A stretch of 64,000 nt of DNA from an uncultured Hormoscilla sp. (GCA_963921275.4 OZ001293.3:4800001-4864000); one strand, 5' to 3'; positions 46,668-58,404 are shown, counted from the first letter of the stretch. Program-made: numbers and translations. Notes: generated by a model not told the origin, from the sequence alone.

Positions 46668-47333
46668 CTAATCGCACAAAAGAGGAGATACCGCGCGACC
46701 ATTGTAGAGACTCATCGCCTTTTCAACTCCCTGTCTGAGACTTAATTCCACCGCATCGACTGCTAACTGGATTACCTCTGACATTAGCTGAGTTTCCGAT
46801 GGAGAAAATTTCCCTAACACGTGAGAAATGGTATTCTTGTCACTGGTGGTGCGATTGCGCTGCGCGCACGCTACGCGAACGGAAGGACTGCCGATGCCAA
46901 TCCGCAGGCGGGGAAAATTTTGGCCTCCTAAATGGGCGATCGCGCTTTTCATGCCATTATGGGAGCCAGCGGAACCTGACAGGCGCAGGCGCATCCTCCC
47001 TAAGGGCAGATCCAGATCATCATATATTACTAGTACCGATTGCGGTGGCAGCTTATACCAATCTATCGTCGCTCTGATGGCCTGTCCCGATCGATTCATA
47101 TAAGTCTGGGGCTTCAGCAAGCGGATTTTGCCCCCTGGGGCCAGAGTGGTTTCCCCGTACATCCCCTGAAATCGCTTATTTTCCGATAGGGAAATCTGCC
47201 AGATCCGCGTCAAGGCATCGACAACATCAAAACCGACATTGTGACGAGTGCGATCGTACTTGGATCCAGGATTCCCCAAACCGACGAGCAGCTGGGGAAT
47301 CACTAAAGTTTTAGCACCGGTATCTTCTGCCAT
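46668..47333 (-). CDS. pth: Peptidyl-tRNA hydrolase with an in-frame micro-repeat insertion (VRVACAQRN)
   Basis: VGLGNPG, TRHNVGF, KPQTYMN and HNG motifs. Confidence 0.93.
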   Translation of the reverse strand: MAEDTGAKTLVIPQLLVGLGNPGSKYDRTRHNVGFDVVDALTRIWQISLSENKRFQGMYGETTLAPGGKIRLLKPQTYMNRSGQAIRATIDWYKLPPQSVLVIYDDLDLPLGRMRLRLSGSAGSHNGMKSAIAHLGGQNFPRLRIGIGSPSVRVACAQRNRTTSDKNTISHVLGKFSPSETQLMSEVIQLAVDAVELSLRQGVEKAMSLYNGRAVSPLLCD

Positions 47334-47469
47334 TTATCCTGGTTCATTCGATGTCCTCCGACAGGGCGAGCGGTCTCCTGGGGCGAGGTATGTCCCGGGA
47401 GCGCTAATCGCACAAAAGGGGACATACCTCGCGCTAATCGCACAAAAGGGGAGACACGCGCTAGTCGCA

Positions 47470-47736
47470 CTACCCGTCGGACATCGAAGCCTTATCTGAG
47501 GCGGAGGCTACCACTTCTTTTGGCTGGGACTCCGATGATTCGGGCCCTGCAGCTTGCTCGATTTGCGCTGCTTCCCGTTTAAACTCGGTCTCGAACTCCT
47601 TGGAGGCCTCCTGGAAGCCTCTGATCGCTTTTCCCATGCTGCGACCGATTTCTGGCAACTTTTTCGGACCAAATATCAACAGCGCCACCACCATAATTAC
47701 CGCTATTTCCGGCAGACCCATGCCAAAAATGTTCAT
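47470..47736 (-). CDS. tatA: Twin-arginine translocase TatA/E
   Basis: MNIFGMGLPE...FGPKKLPEIGRSMGK. Confidence 0.92.
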   Translation of the reverse strand: MNIFGMGLPEIAVIMVVALLIFGPKKLPEIGRSMGKAIRGFQEASKEFETEFKREAAQIEQAAGPESSESQPKEVVASASDKASMSDG

Positions 47737-47870
47737 CTGTACTTCCTCCTGAGAATGCTATGCTTTCAAAATAACCCGGGCGATCCGATCGCCCTGACAA
47801 AAAGTTATCTCGTTCCCAGATCTCTGTCTGAGAACGAGAGTCGAACTCTTTAGTACCGACAACTAGCCGC

Positions 47871-48074
47871 TTATTTGCCCAAGCTGGACCAATCCACCTG
47901 CAGTCCCTCAAGGATCAGTGAGGAATTGTAGATTTGCAGGATAATCAGCAAAAACACGAAAAACAGCAGCATAAACACGCCCATCAGCGGGGTGGTGCCC
48001 CAACCGGGAGTCACTTTGCCGTACTCGGAGTTCAGCGTTTTGAGAATATCTCCTAATCTGGTTTGTTGTGCCAT
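47871..48074 (-). CDS. psbH: Photosystem II PsbH
   Basis: [28 protein letters not shown]. Confidence 0.95.
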   Translation of the reverse strand: MAQQTRLGDILKTLNSEYGKVTPGWGTTPLMGVFMLLFFVFLLIILQIYNSSLILEGLQVDWSSLGK

Positions 48075-48104
48075 TGGTCTCAATCGTCCCTCTCAAATGA
48101 GATT

Positions 48105-48122
48105 GGTGTAACTTTTTGTAAT
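48105..48122 (-). promoter_or_regulatory. HLR1-like (RpaB) direct repeat between psbH and psbN
   Basis: Minus strand ATTACAAA-AA-GTTACACC. Confidence 0.5.
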
Positions 48123-48158
48123 ATTATAGATTATACTCCTTAATTTTTTATTGAGCGC

Positions 48159-48290
48159 ATGGAAATCGCAACTGTTGTGACTATTTCGATCGCCGTCGTT
48201 CTGATCTGCATCACCGCCTTCTCAATCTACACCGCTTTCGGGCCCCCGTCCAAGCAATTGGACGACCCCTTCGAGGACCACTCCGACTAA
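48159..48290 (+). CDS. psbN: PsbN (absent from the ORF track)
   Basis: MEIATVV...IYTAFGPPSKQLDDPFEDHSD*, divergent from psbH. Confidence 0.93.
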   Translation: MEIATVVTISIAVVLICITAFSIYTAFGPPSKQLDDPFEDHSD

Positions 48291-48499
48291 CAGTGTTGAC
48301 TGGTGACTGGTAACTGGCAAAAGTCTTGTCCCATCCTGGTTGGGGTTTTCTGCTGAGTCTGACCCCTTATCTTGCCTCCCACCCATGATTTTCTCTCGCA
48401 CCAGCGGTTGACCAGACCAGGATAATGTCAATGCATATATAAATTCACAATTGACCACTGACCACTGACCACTGACTACTGACAACCCACAACTGACAA

Positions 48500-48785
48500 C
48501 TATTCCTGCAATTTTTGACCACAAAACTGACAATTTTACCAGGCCCGATCGACATCTGACCAGATTCTGGCGATGCAGGCAACTGCACGGGTCGTTCTAA
48601 CAGATCCACAGGCTGGGCAATTCCTAGATCTAAATCACTCCATAATACCATATCGGCATGTTCTCCGTGACATTCATAACAGCGGATAATTCATTCGCAG
48701 GGGTTATCCTCGGATTGTTTGAATGCCATCGAGACCAGATTTTCCACCTGTAAGTCCAAAAACTGACCGACGGCGGGCAGCTTTT
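48500..48785 (-). pseudogene. C-terminal fragment resembling a cyanobacterial alpha-mannosidase (GH38)
   Basis: ENLVSMAFKQSEDN..*IIRCYECHGE...PVDLLE...IGPGKIVSF, with an internal stop. Confidence 0.6.
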
Positions 48786-48789
48786 GGTC

Positions 48790-49246
48790 AGAAGCAGCGC
48801 ACATCCGCGCTACTGTGGAAACCGACCCTCAAGGTCAATGGGTATTCATTTGCGACCAATTGAATACCCATAAATCCGAAACCCTGGTTAAGCTTGTTGC
48901 TCAGTTGTGCGGCATTCAAGAGGAATTGGGAAAGAAGGGAAAATCCGGCATTCTTGAAAATATGGCTTCCCGTGCGGCATTTTTGGAGAATCCAAGCCAT
49001 CGTATCCGTTTTGTTTATACCCCCAAACATTGCTCATGGCTCAACCAGGTGGAAATGTGGTTTGGTATTTTGACCCGCCGGTTGCTCAAACGCGGCAACT
49101 TCACGTCCCTTGAAGAACTCAAACGTCGCATTCTTGCATTCATTAAGTTCTTTAATGATACCTTGGCAAAACCCTTTCGCTGGACTTATATCGGTAAGTC
49201 GTTGCTCATCTGAGTTATTGGAGTTATTTGCAGCGTGGTGTACTAG
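48790..49246 (+). mobile_element. IS630-family transposase 3' fragment with its right end
   Basis: DQLNTH, YTPKHCSWLNQVEMWF and AKPFRWTY motifs; ends ...GTGTACTAG. Confidence 0.85.
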
Positions 49247-49646
49247 TTAGAGTAGCCAAAGCGACGCAAGAACCGCCCTCTTGCCGCAGGATATCCAAAA
49301 CCTGCACTACATCAGAGTAAATCGCCGTTTTCGACGCATACAAGACAATCAATCCCCGAGAATACTGGACCCGATAGCGACGCAATTTCTGGCGCAACTC
49401 ATCGGGTGTCAGCACAAGGTCTTGTTCCACGTAGGTTTGACCCGCAGCATCAATAGTGACAATCAACATCTCTTGCATCTGAGAACTGCCCGTACTAGCC
49501 TTGGGAATATCGATAGTAATTGCCTGTTGACTCGTCAAGCTCACAGCTGCTAAGATGAAAAATGTCAAAATGCAAAAGATGACATCAATCAGGGGAATAA
49601 TCTCAATCCGGACATCTTCACCTGGTAAATCCTGATTAATCTTCAT
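49224..49646 (-). CDS. exbD: ExbD/TolR biopolymer transporter, C-terminus running into the IS630 end
   Basis: [17 protein letters not shown] motif; stop codon lies inside IS DNA. Confidence 0.8.
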   Translation of the reverse strand: MKINQDLPGEDVRIEIIPLIDVIFCILTFFILAAVSLTSQQAITIDIPKASTGSSQMQEMLIVTIDAAGQTYVEQDLVLTPDELRQKLRRYRVQYSRGLIVLYASKTAIYSDVVQVLDILRQEGGSCVALATLTSTPRCK

Positions 49647-50298
49647 TAGTTTTCCTCTCCATAGCAGACCAATGCTGGCGGTAAATCAACTCTAATTCGC
49701 TTCCCGCCCTGCGAAATAGCTTCACCTGAGTAAACAGCAAGCCGCCAAACAGCCGATAGAAAGCTAGGGCGACGATCGCCACTACGAGGCCAGCGGCAGT
49801 ACTAATCAAGGCTTCGCCAATTCCCAGGGTAACGCCAGCTGTCGAAGCAGTGCCCAAGTCACCAATTCTAATCTCGCCCAGGGAGTTAATCAAGCCTAAC
49901 ACTGTACCCAACAATCCTAACAGGGGAGACAGGGCAATTACGGATTATAAGGATTTTTCGCCCCGCCGCATGGATGCTAATTCATCATCTGCTGCTGCTT
50001 CCAGTGCGATTTTAAATACTTCTGGTTCGATATTTTCTAACCGCAAGGGGGTATAGAGAAACCGGCCGATCGGCTGATTACTGGCCTGTCTGGCAATCTC
50101 TGGGGCAAAGTCCCATTGTTGACGGGCAGCACGCAAAATTTGTTCTATAATCAGTTTTTCTTTGGTTAAGACAGTAGCCCAGAACCACAGCCGCTCAATT
50201 ATTGTACTCAGGGCCAGGATCGATAGGAACAGCAATGGTACCATGGTCAACCCGCCCTTTTCAAACAGTTCTGTAATTATGATGATTTGTTGTTCCAT
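49636..50298 (-). pseudogene. exbB: ExbB/TolQ/MotA proton channel with an in-frame TAA at 49945
   Basis: Reading continues in frame [17 protein letters not shown]...[10 protein letters not shown] after the stop. Confidence 0.85.
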
Positions 50299-50576
50299 CT
50301 AGATTCCTCTGGTCATCCGGCTGGGTTGCTTCTCTTTAAGATTCTAGAATTGTCTTATACCATTTGCTAAACTTCGCTGTCAGCCCGCCGGGGGTTGCAA
50401 ACCCAAACGCTTTTAGCTAAAGTCGGTTTTAACCGACTAATACCATAATCTTCCAACTGATTGTAGCATTGTTTTGATAAAATGGAATTAGTCTGGTTTC
50501 GGTAAATATGGTAGGATATCCATACTGGTAGAGGCTCCTTAATCTTGTCACAATTAAGATAAATGGATGAGCAAGC

Positions 50577-50882
50577 ATGAAAAACTCGATCAAATCAATT
50601 TACAACTGGTACCGCAACACCCTGCGCCATCCCAAGTACCGCTGGTGGCTGCTCCTGGGCACTCTCGCTTATATTTTCTTTCCCTTTGACATTTCCCCGG
50701 ATTTGTTCCCCCTTATCGGTCAAATTGACGATGTGGCGATCGCGGTATTGCTGGTCTCGGAAGTTTCTCAGATGCTGGTAGATTATATTAAATCTCGTCA
50801 GCCCGATCAGAACAGTCCAGCTGCTGAAGAACCAGAGACCACCGGCACCACGGTAGATGTAGATGCGATGTCTGTAGATTAG
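50577..50882 (+). CDS. YkvA/DUF1232 family protein
   Basis: YIFFPFDISPDLFPLIGQIDD. Confidence 0.85.
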   Translation: MKNSIKSIYNWYRNTLRHPKYRWWLLLGTLAYIFFPFDISPDLFPLIGQIDDVAIAVLLVSEVSQMLVDYIKSRQPDQNSPAAEEPETTGTTVDVDAMSVD

Positions 50883-51474
50883 CTGCGATATGAAACAGCT
50901 GATAATATCATACTCCTCTCTTAATGCAATACTCCGGACAAAATTAGGAGGCTATGGCCCCGTAGGCAAGCAGGTTCTGGTAGTTCCTTCGATGTCTCCT
51001 GGTACTACATCTCGTGGGAGCGCGGTTGAGGACTACCCACGTTTCGGCAGCATGCTAAAAGCACAACTGGTGGCGAGACATCTTTGTGAGATTTAATCTT
51101 TCCTTGACTCCTCCAAGGAAATAAATAAGTTCATGCATATGCTCTGTGAAGCGCCTTTAGAGGAGGCAACTCAAGAAAGCTCAACTCCGTGGCTGTGTCC
51201 CTTAACATGCATGAGACGATAGTATCTCATGCCTGTTAAGGGACACAGGTTGCTGGCCCTTGACTGTTGTCTTGCTGTTTTGGCTTTCCGGACTGGCCGT
51301 GAAAGATATCTCTGCTCCTTGCTCTTGTCCCAGGGTCCATGGCTGCGCCACCCATGGCTTTGTTTTGAGGGATGTTTAAGGTGTTACTTGTCATATCGAC
51401 TCACTGATAATGGCTTGCTCTGTATTATAACATTGGCTCTACCTTCGTTCCCAGTATAACTACTTTGGCAATAA

Positions 51475-51655
51475 CGGGACTTTGAGAAAAAATAGGCGTA
51501 AAATGGCATCAAACCCTTTCACAGAGCCACATAAGGGTCGAGCTGGTCTCGAGGGACGACCCTCAGGGTTTCAGCCATTTGATACCCTTCGACGTAAAAC
51601 CCACACCCCCTAAGCTAAGAAGCCGTTTTTTGCCTGAGAAAATCTCAAAGTTCCG
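51475..51655. mobile_element. MITE, 181 bp
   Basis: Inverted repeats CGGGACTTTGAGA / TCTCAAAGTTCCG flanked by the ATAA direct repeat. Confidence 0.75.
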
Positions 51656-52253
51656 ATAAAGGCAGCAATGCCCACCCCGATTGTACTGCCTATCCCGATC
51701 AGAGAGGGGATGGGTGCATCTGGTATGAAAGCTGCAGCGATCGTTTCATCGGTAGTGTCGTAGGTTGGGTTGAGGTACGAAACCCAACCAGGTGAAGGCG
51801 ATCTTTACCCAACATGGAAGGGCGATACTGCTGCGCAGTCGCTGCGCGATCATATGAGGCCGGGCACAGAAACCACGGGCGATCGCATGGGGTCGGAGCA
51901 AAAATAACATTGGCGATCGTAAATGGATGCGATCGCGTGGAAGCCAGAAACCGGGTTTATGTGGCAACCTGCCTGCGCAGGCTAAGATAGCAATATTGGG
52001 GCGATCGCAGGTGGTAAGCAGGTGGTGAGCAGATCTGAGAAAGGGGGCGATGGCCGGTGGTTAGTTCGCAGCAGGTGAAAACCTGCGGCTACTCCGAACG
52101 AAGCAATTGTCCCTCGCGAGGGTAGCGTGGCAACCTACCGGCACGGGCTAAGATCGGAGAAAGGGGCGATCGCAATCGGGCAGAAAGCTGCACAACATTC
52201 ATCGGAATAATTTTTTGTTATAATTGAAGAGCAATCCAGTAGGATAAGAGATC

Positions 52254-52523
52254 GTGAGTGAGAGACTAGACAGAATTGAAGCAATCCTAGAGGGGATGGC
52301 AGTTCAAATGCAAGCTGATCGCCAAGAGATAGCAGAGTTAAGGAATACCACTACAGCTCTGGTCCAGACAGTAGAGATATTTCAGCGCAACTTTGAGGTC
52401 ATTCAGCGCAACTTTGATGCAAATGAACGCAAATTTGATCGAATGATGACTTATATCACAGGTCTGCAAGTCGAAAACCGTCGGATTTTAGAGCGGGTGC
52501 TTGGTCCAGATTTCGATAAATAA
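52254..52523 (+). CDS. Small coiled-coil hypothetical protein
   Basis: RLDRIE...GLQVENRRIL pattern common in cyanobacteria. Confidence 0.7.
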   Translation: MSERLDRIEAILEGMAVQMQADRQEIAELRNTTTALVQTVEIFQRNFEVIQRNFDANERKFDRMMTYITGLQVENRRILERVLGPDFDK

Positions 52524-52809
52524 TGTGAATTAGGGGGGATCGCTCGCAGGGGTTTGCAGGTTAAAACCTGCGGCTACACCGAACGAAGCTGGCCTGTACA
52601 TGCTAAGATCGGACTTGAATGCTAAGGTAAAGCCCTGCTTATAGAAATGTCTGATGTATTTTTGTAAAAATCAACTCCAAAAGAGCTTGACAATGCCAGA
52701 ATTTAGGTTATGATAAAAATATGGCGTTGCTCGACTGGGAATAAGCGAATTTCCTGTGGAGATGCAAGCTAGCTGTAATAAAAGAACATAGAAGCACGGG
52801 AAAGGCAAA

Positions 52810-55065
52810 ATGGCAAAGCGCGGCAAAAGGCAAAAACAAAAAGTGGGCAGGAGAGCAAAGCAAGTTAACTCTAAATTAGGAGATTCTCAATTAATTTATG
52901 AGGCAGTTGTCCATTACCAAACAAGAAAGGTAAGGGAAGCAGAATAGATATGTTTTGACATACTCGGGCAGGAACCTAACCATGCAGATGCGCTTCACAT
53001 ACTAGGGGATATCGCCGGCGCTCGGGGCCAGTACGATCGGGCGCTCGGATTATACGAGCAGTCCCTAGCCTCAAAGGGCAAAAATAGTTATAAATCACAT
53101 AATAACATAGGTCTAGTCCTAGAAAAACAGGGCAAGATAGATGAGGCGATCGCCCATTACCGGAAGGCCATCAGCATTGACCCGAAGCAGGGCGCGCTCC
53201 ACAGTAACTTAGGAAAGGCCCTGTACCGGCAAGGGAAAATTGCGGAAGCGATCGCATGTTGGCAACGGGCGCTCGGCCTGCGCCCAGATGACCCGAAAGC
53301 TCATAATAACCTGGGAATGGCTCTGGAAAGACAGCTAGAATATGACCGGGCGCTCGAGCATTTCCAACAGGCGCTCGCCTGCAAACCGGACGATGCAGAA
53401 GCTTATGACAATTTGGGGAGAGTCAAGGAAAAGCAGGGAAAATACTCAGAGGCGATGGCCTATTATCAGCAGGCGCTCGCCCTGGACCCGAACAGGGCCG
53501 ACATTCATAATAATATCGCCTATGTCTTAGACAGACAGGGAAAGCTTGAGGAGGCGATCGCTCACTTTCGCCAAGCGGTCAGCCTCAACCCCAAGGGGGC
53601 AGAATATAATAATAACCTCGCTCTTGCCCTACAGAAGCAGAAAAAATTACCAGAGGCCATAGGTTACTACCAGGAGGCAATCCGCCTCAAGCCCGACTAC
53701 GGCCAAGCTTATAGTAACCTGGGGACGTTATTGCAAAGCCAGGGGCGACTGACAGAGGCGATCTCCTATTACCAGCAGGCCATCAAACTGGAACCGAACT
53801 CGGCTGAAGTTCATAGTAACCTGGGCAGTGTCAATTACGAACAGGGAAATATTGCAGAGGCGATCTTCTATTGCCAGCAGGCCCTCCTGCTGGAACCGGA
53901 CTCGGCTAAAGTTCATATTAACCTGGGCAGTGTCAATTACGAACAGGGAAATATTGCAGAGGCGATCTTCTATTGCCAGCAGGCCCTCCTGCTGGAACCG
54001 GACTCGGCTAAAGTTCATATTAACCTGGGCAGTGTCAATTACGAACAGGGAAATATTGCAGAGGCGATCGCCAGTTACCAGGAGGCGCTCGCCCTGCAGC
54101 CAGACGACGCGGAAGCTCACAAAAGCCTGGGCGCGTTACTGCTACTCTCGGGAGACTTACAACGGGGTTTTGCCGAGTATGAATGGCGCTGGCAAATTCC
54201 GAAATTTGTCCGAGAAGAGATTAGGCCATCGAGCTCTAAACCTCTGTGGCAGGGGGAAGACCTGGAAGGACGGACGCTCTTAATCACTCGCGAACAGGGT
54301 TTTGGCGATATGATTCATTTTATTCGTTACGCCAAAGTTGTGAGGGAACAGCAGACAGGGGGCGGTCGGATCCTAGTTACCTGCCGAGAACCTTTGCTTA
54401 GATTATTTAAGTCTATTCCCGATATCGAACTGCTAATCGCGGGCAGTGCAGCACTCCCAGATTTTGATGTCTGGGCCCCGATAATGAGTTTACCCTATAT
54501 TCTGGGGACTACTTTAGAAACTATTCCGGCCCAAGTTCCTTATTTGCATGCAAGGGAAGGAGAAGCGCTAAAGCGCTTACTACGAACGTCGGATAAATTT
54601 AAGGTGGGTATTGTTTGGGCCTCAAAAGCAGACCATCCTAACTCTCGGAAGCGTTCCTGCGATCTAAATCACTTTTTGCAACTGCTGTCTCTTCCCCACA
54701 TTACTCTCTACAGTCTCCAAAAGGATTTCCCCCAACCCCCCGAACTCCAAGACAACAAAAATATTATTTTCCTCGGAGAACAGTTACATGACTTTGCCGA
54801 TACTGCTGCGATTATCCAAGCATTAGATTTAGTGATTACTGTCGATACCTCTGTTGCCCATCTCGCTGGCGCCTTGGGTAAACTAGTCTGGGTTCTCCTA
54901 CCTTTTGTCCCTGACTGGCGCTGGATGTTGCATCGTGCTGACAGTCCGTGGTATCCTACCATGCAACTGTTCCGCCAACAGAAACTCGGAGACTGGTCGG
55001 AGGTGTTCCTGGCGGTCCAAAGGGCGCTAGAGTCATTAGTGTTTACTACGAACCGAGTTCAGTAA
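52810..55065 (+). pseudogene. TPR-repeat + glycosyltransferase-like protein; in-frame TAG at 52945 (downstream ORF 53317-55065 intact)
   Basis: ATG 52810 is in frame with the TPRs; EQGFGDMIHF, LDLVITVDTSVAHLAGA and DWRW..DSPWY; 102-bp internal repeats. Confidence 0.8.
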
Positions 55066-55759
55066 AAGAAAATGGAATTGTTAAATAGCGCCCTCAAAGA
55101 TCGCCAAGCAGGCAGTTAAAGCAGGAAATGCTACCGGCGTATAGGGGAGAGCTAAAAGTTTCGCTCAATGGAGCCAGGGAACAAAGTCTCTGTGATTTCA
55201 TTGTAGTTAATTGAAGTTTACCAGGATGGGGAAAACCTCAATGCCCCGAGCCTGCCCGCTGCGCTGGGGCGCGCAGCGCATGCGATGCCTTCCGGGTTTT
55301 CGCCGTGCGTTCAGAAGGCATCGTAGGTTGCCTGCGTTGCATCCTGATTTTTCCGGAACGGTAGGCATCGAAAGGGCGATCTAATTGAAACCTCCGACCC
55401 TCTACCTCCTACTTTGGCAATCTTCTGAGAGATTCGCCGCCCCTAAAGCGTCTTAGATTTGTCTGCATTGCGCCGATAATCCCCCGGCTTTGCACAATCA
55501 CGGGATGATAGGCATATTTGCAAAAGCTTGAAATCTAGACTATAAGAGACTGGCGTTGCATAATCACGGGATGATGAGTCTCTTTGCATAAGTTTTAAAC
55601 GTATACTATAAGCCACTTTTAGTTATGTGCAAACAATGGCATCATCCTGAGATTGCCTCATTTATACTCTGGCAATTACATGCACCCGTGTAGTTCCCAT
55701 GTCGATACCCTCTCTGGTTCTGTACCAATCTAGCTAGCACAGGTTCATCATTGACTAAA

Positions 55760-55977
55760 GCAGGCCAAATCCAGGGCCATGTTTTGCCGATCTAGGGCCA
55801 TTTTTTGCCGATTCAAGGCCATATTTGGGCTAAACTGAATTTGGGATGAGCGATTTAAGGCTAGCTATTGGTATAAAAACATGTATTAGCAAAAATGGGT
55901 CGAGTTTAATATAAACATTGCCATGTATTAGCAAAAATGGGCCTAGTTTTGGCTAAAATAAATTTGGTTAGTTCGAC
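55760..55977. repeat. Degenerate 21-bp-period array C ending in TTAGTTCGAC
   Basis: GGCCAT.TTT units spaced 21 nt apart; CATGTATTAGCAAAAATGGG twice, 42 nt apart. Confidence 0.6.
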
Positions 55978-56069
55978 ATACTAAAAAGGCTGATAGCCTT
56001 ACCAGCCTTAGCTTATAAAATCTGGCGAGCTTCGGAATATTCTTAATAAGAAGTTACGGTTTATAATTT

Positions 56070-56313
56070 CCAGCTCGACCCCTAATCCTTGTATGAGTCG
56101 TAATGTACAACCGGTGAAACCAGGCGCTCTACACCAGCCCCAAAAGCGGTGAGGGCTAATGCAACGAACTGCGGGCTTATAGAGGAGACCTAAGTACATC
56201 GCAAAATAACGTTTGGGAACAAAGTAACCCTCGTGGTGCTTTCCAACAGGACCAGTCAGATGTGAAGCGCACGTGGGGAAGGATAGCCTAAGAAGCAAAT
56301 GCCTAGGGTAACT
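56070..56313 (+). mobile_element. Group II intron remnant: a 3' end fused to a domain I fragment
   Basis: CCAGCTCGACCCCTAAT is identical to the intron-2 terminus; the next ~225 nt align with domain I of the other introns (GGGAACAAAGTAAC, GATAGCCTAAGAAGCAAATGCCTAGGGTAAC). Confidence 0.75.
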
Positions 56314-56518
56314 GAGTCAGATGTTCGGAGTGCATCTCAATTAGGGAACCTCATAGTAATAATATTGAAAAAGCCCAAAAAAATTTCGGTAGAACACTTA
56401 ACAGTCAGAAGGAAAATGATCTAAGGTAGTAAAAGGCGAGTAAGGCTAGGTTAGGCCCTAAGCCATAAGCTCGAAACCCAACGAGGATAATCACTAATAA
56501 AGCACATGGAGGAATCTT

Positions 56519-57570
56519 ATGGCTGAATTTCACGTTAACACAGAAGCACAACTCTCCAAAGCGATTACCGCTTCCAAGAATAACGGTAAGGCAGATACCA
56601 TTAACATCACGGGAGATATTACCCTGACGAAGTTGCTACCCCTTATTGAAGAGGACGTCCAGCTCACGATAAATGGGGGCGACAACACCATTGATGGCAA
56701 CAATCAACACCGGCTGTTCTTTGTCAGAAGCGGTGTGGTCAATTTCGATGACCTGATCTTTAGCAACGGCCGGGCCCAGGGAGGCGATGGCAACGGCGGG
56801 GCGGCAGGCCTGGGCGGTGCCATGTTTGTCTATGACGGGAAGGTCAAGGTGACCGGTAGGGCGACCTTGTGGTTTCAAACAGCAGCTTTAACAGCAATAG
56901 CGCTCGTGGTGGCACTGGCGAGAACCCCGGCAAAGGTCTGGGGGGCGCCATTTTCGCCCTGCACACCCTCACCAATAGGAACGGGAACAACCAGGGCATG
57001 CCCAACACCCTGCCGACCGTAACCCTCTTAAATGTAGGGTTCTCGGGCAATAGCGCCGCTAATAGTGATAAAAAGCCCACTCCCAAGTCAATCACCTCGG
57101 GCACAATGGTGGACAGTGACGACCTGTTCGGCAACCACATCGAACGCACGAGTAACCCCTTTATCAACCCCAACACCCTTATCGACCCCAACACCCTCCA
57201 GGACGCTCGCCTGATCGATTTCTTTCGGAAAGTGAATAAAGACATCGATCGCCTGATCGATCTCCTGACGGGGACGTACAAGGGGGAACAAGTGGCAGGT
57301 CCAGAAGAGAAAGACGTGTCCTTTCGGAAAAAGAATGAAGACATCTTCATGAACAAAGACTTTTACCAATCCAGTGTTTTCGACCATCGCATCAATGGAA
57401 AGGACGATTTCATTGATGGCACCTACAAAGGATCGGGGTTTGAGCGAAGCTTCCTGAAGACATTGTCGAACATGCGATCGGGCTCAGATTCCGCGATTAA
57501 CGACCATGAGCTTGATCCCCTTAATGGAGATGATTTCTTTGCCATGATAGAGAACAGCAGGGCGATCTAG
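56519..57570 (+). pseudogene. Frameshifted or internally deleted Gly-rich surface protein (beta-helix adhesin-like)
   Basis: NGRAQGGDG..GAAGLGGAMF and NSARGG.G....GLGGAIF in two frames joined near 56860. Confidence 0.6.
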
Positions 57571-57638
57571 TTGAAAGATCCGACTTTTACCTCCTACTTA
57601 GGCAATTTTCGGCGATGGGGGCTCTTCAGGTTCCGAAA

Positions 57639-57670
57639 GGGAGAGTGGGAAAGTGATTTCCCACTCTCCC
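57639..57670. terminator. Hairpin between convergent genes
   Basis: GGGAGAGTGGGAAA-GTGA-TTTCCCACTCTCCC, 14-bp stem. Confidence 0.55.
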
Positions 57671-57747
57671 CCTAATCCTGTCAGTAATGAGTATAACCAC
57701 CTACAACTGACCCCCCACAACTGACCTCCCACAACTGACAACTAACA

Positions 57748-58404
57748 TTAAAGAGAACTTTCCAGGGCGGCGGCCACCACCCGATGATCTTCATCCTTCA
57801 TCATATAGCTAATAGTAGACTTAGCTTGAGGGTGGTCAAATTTTCTCAGGGCCCGGGCAACTCTGGCCCTAATGCGCCATTCCGAAGAACTCACCAGGGG
57901 CAGGAGTTGCTGCAATACCTCAGCTTGCTTATTCCCGCCAGCTAGCACCCCAAATCCATCAATTGCGGCTTCTCGGACCGTGAGGTCTTCCCCTGCCAGA
58001 CCGCAAACGCAGACATCTAATAGTTCTTCAGGGCAGGGCATTTCGCAGAATGCGGCCATAATGCTGCGCCGCACCAACCAGTGGTCGTCCTGGTGAAATG
58101 CCAGCACCAGATGAGATGCGGCTATTTTCCCAAACATGGACAGGGAATTGGCAGCTTCCGCCCGCACATTCGGGTCTCGATCGCACTTCATCAACTCCAG
58201 CAAAGCGATAAAAGACTCCGGTGTCTGCTGGCGCCCCAGTCCCATTGCCACAAAGGAACGCACCAGAAACTCTGGATCTCGCAGTTTGCTCCGCAGCAGG
58301 GGGACTGCTTGCTTGGGGTTATAACCTCTCAGTTGGGCGATCGCCTTGAGGCGATCGGTCGAATCTGCGCTCGACAGAGCTGCTTCGATTTTTGATATAT
58401 TCAT
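57748..58404 (-). CDS. PBS-lyase HEAT-repeat protein (NblB-like)
   Basis: DPEFLVRSFVAMGLG, DPNVRAEAANSL and DHWLVRRSI repeats. Confidence 0.8.
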   Translation of the reverse strand: MNISKIEAALSSADSTDRLKAIAQLRGYNPKQAVPLLRSKLRDPEFLVRSFVAMGLGRQQTPESFIALLELMKCDRDPNVRAEAANSLSMFGKIAASHLVLAFHQDDHWLVRRSIMAAFCEMPCPEELLDVCVCGLAGEDLTVREAAIDGFGVLAGGNKQAEVLQQLLPLVSSSEWRIRARVARALRKFDHPQAKSTISYMMKDEDHRVVAAALESSL

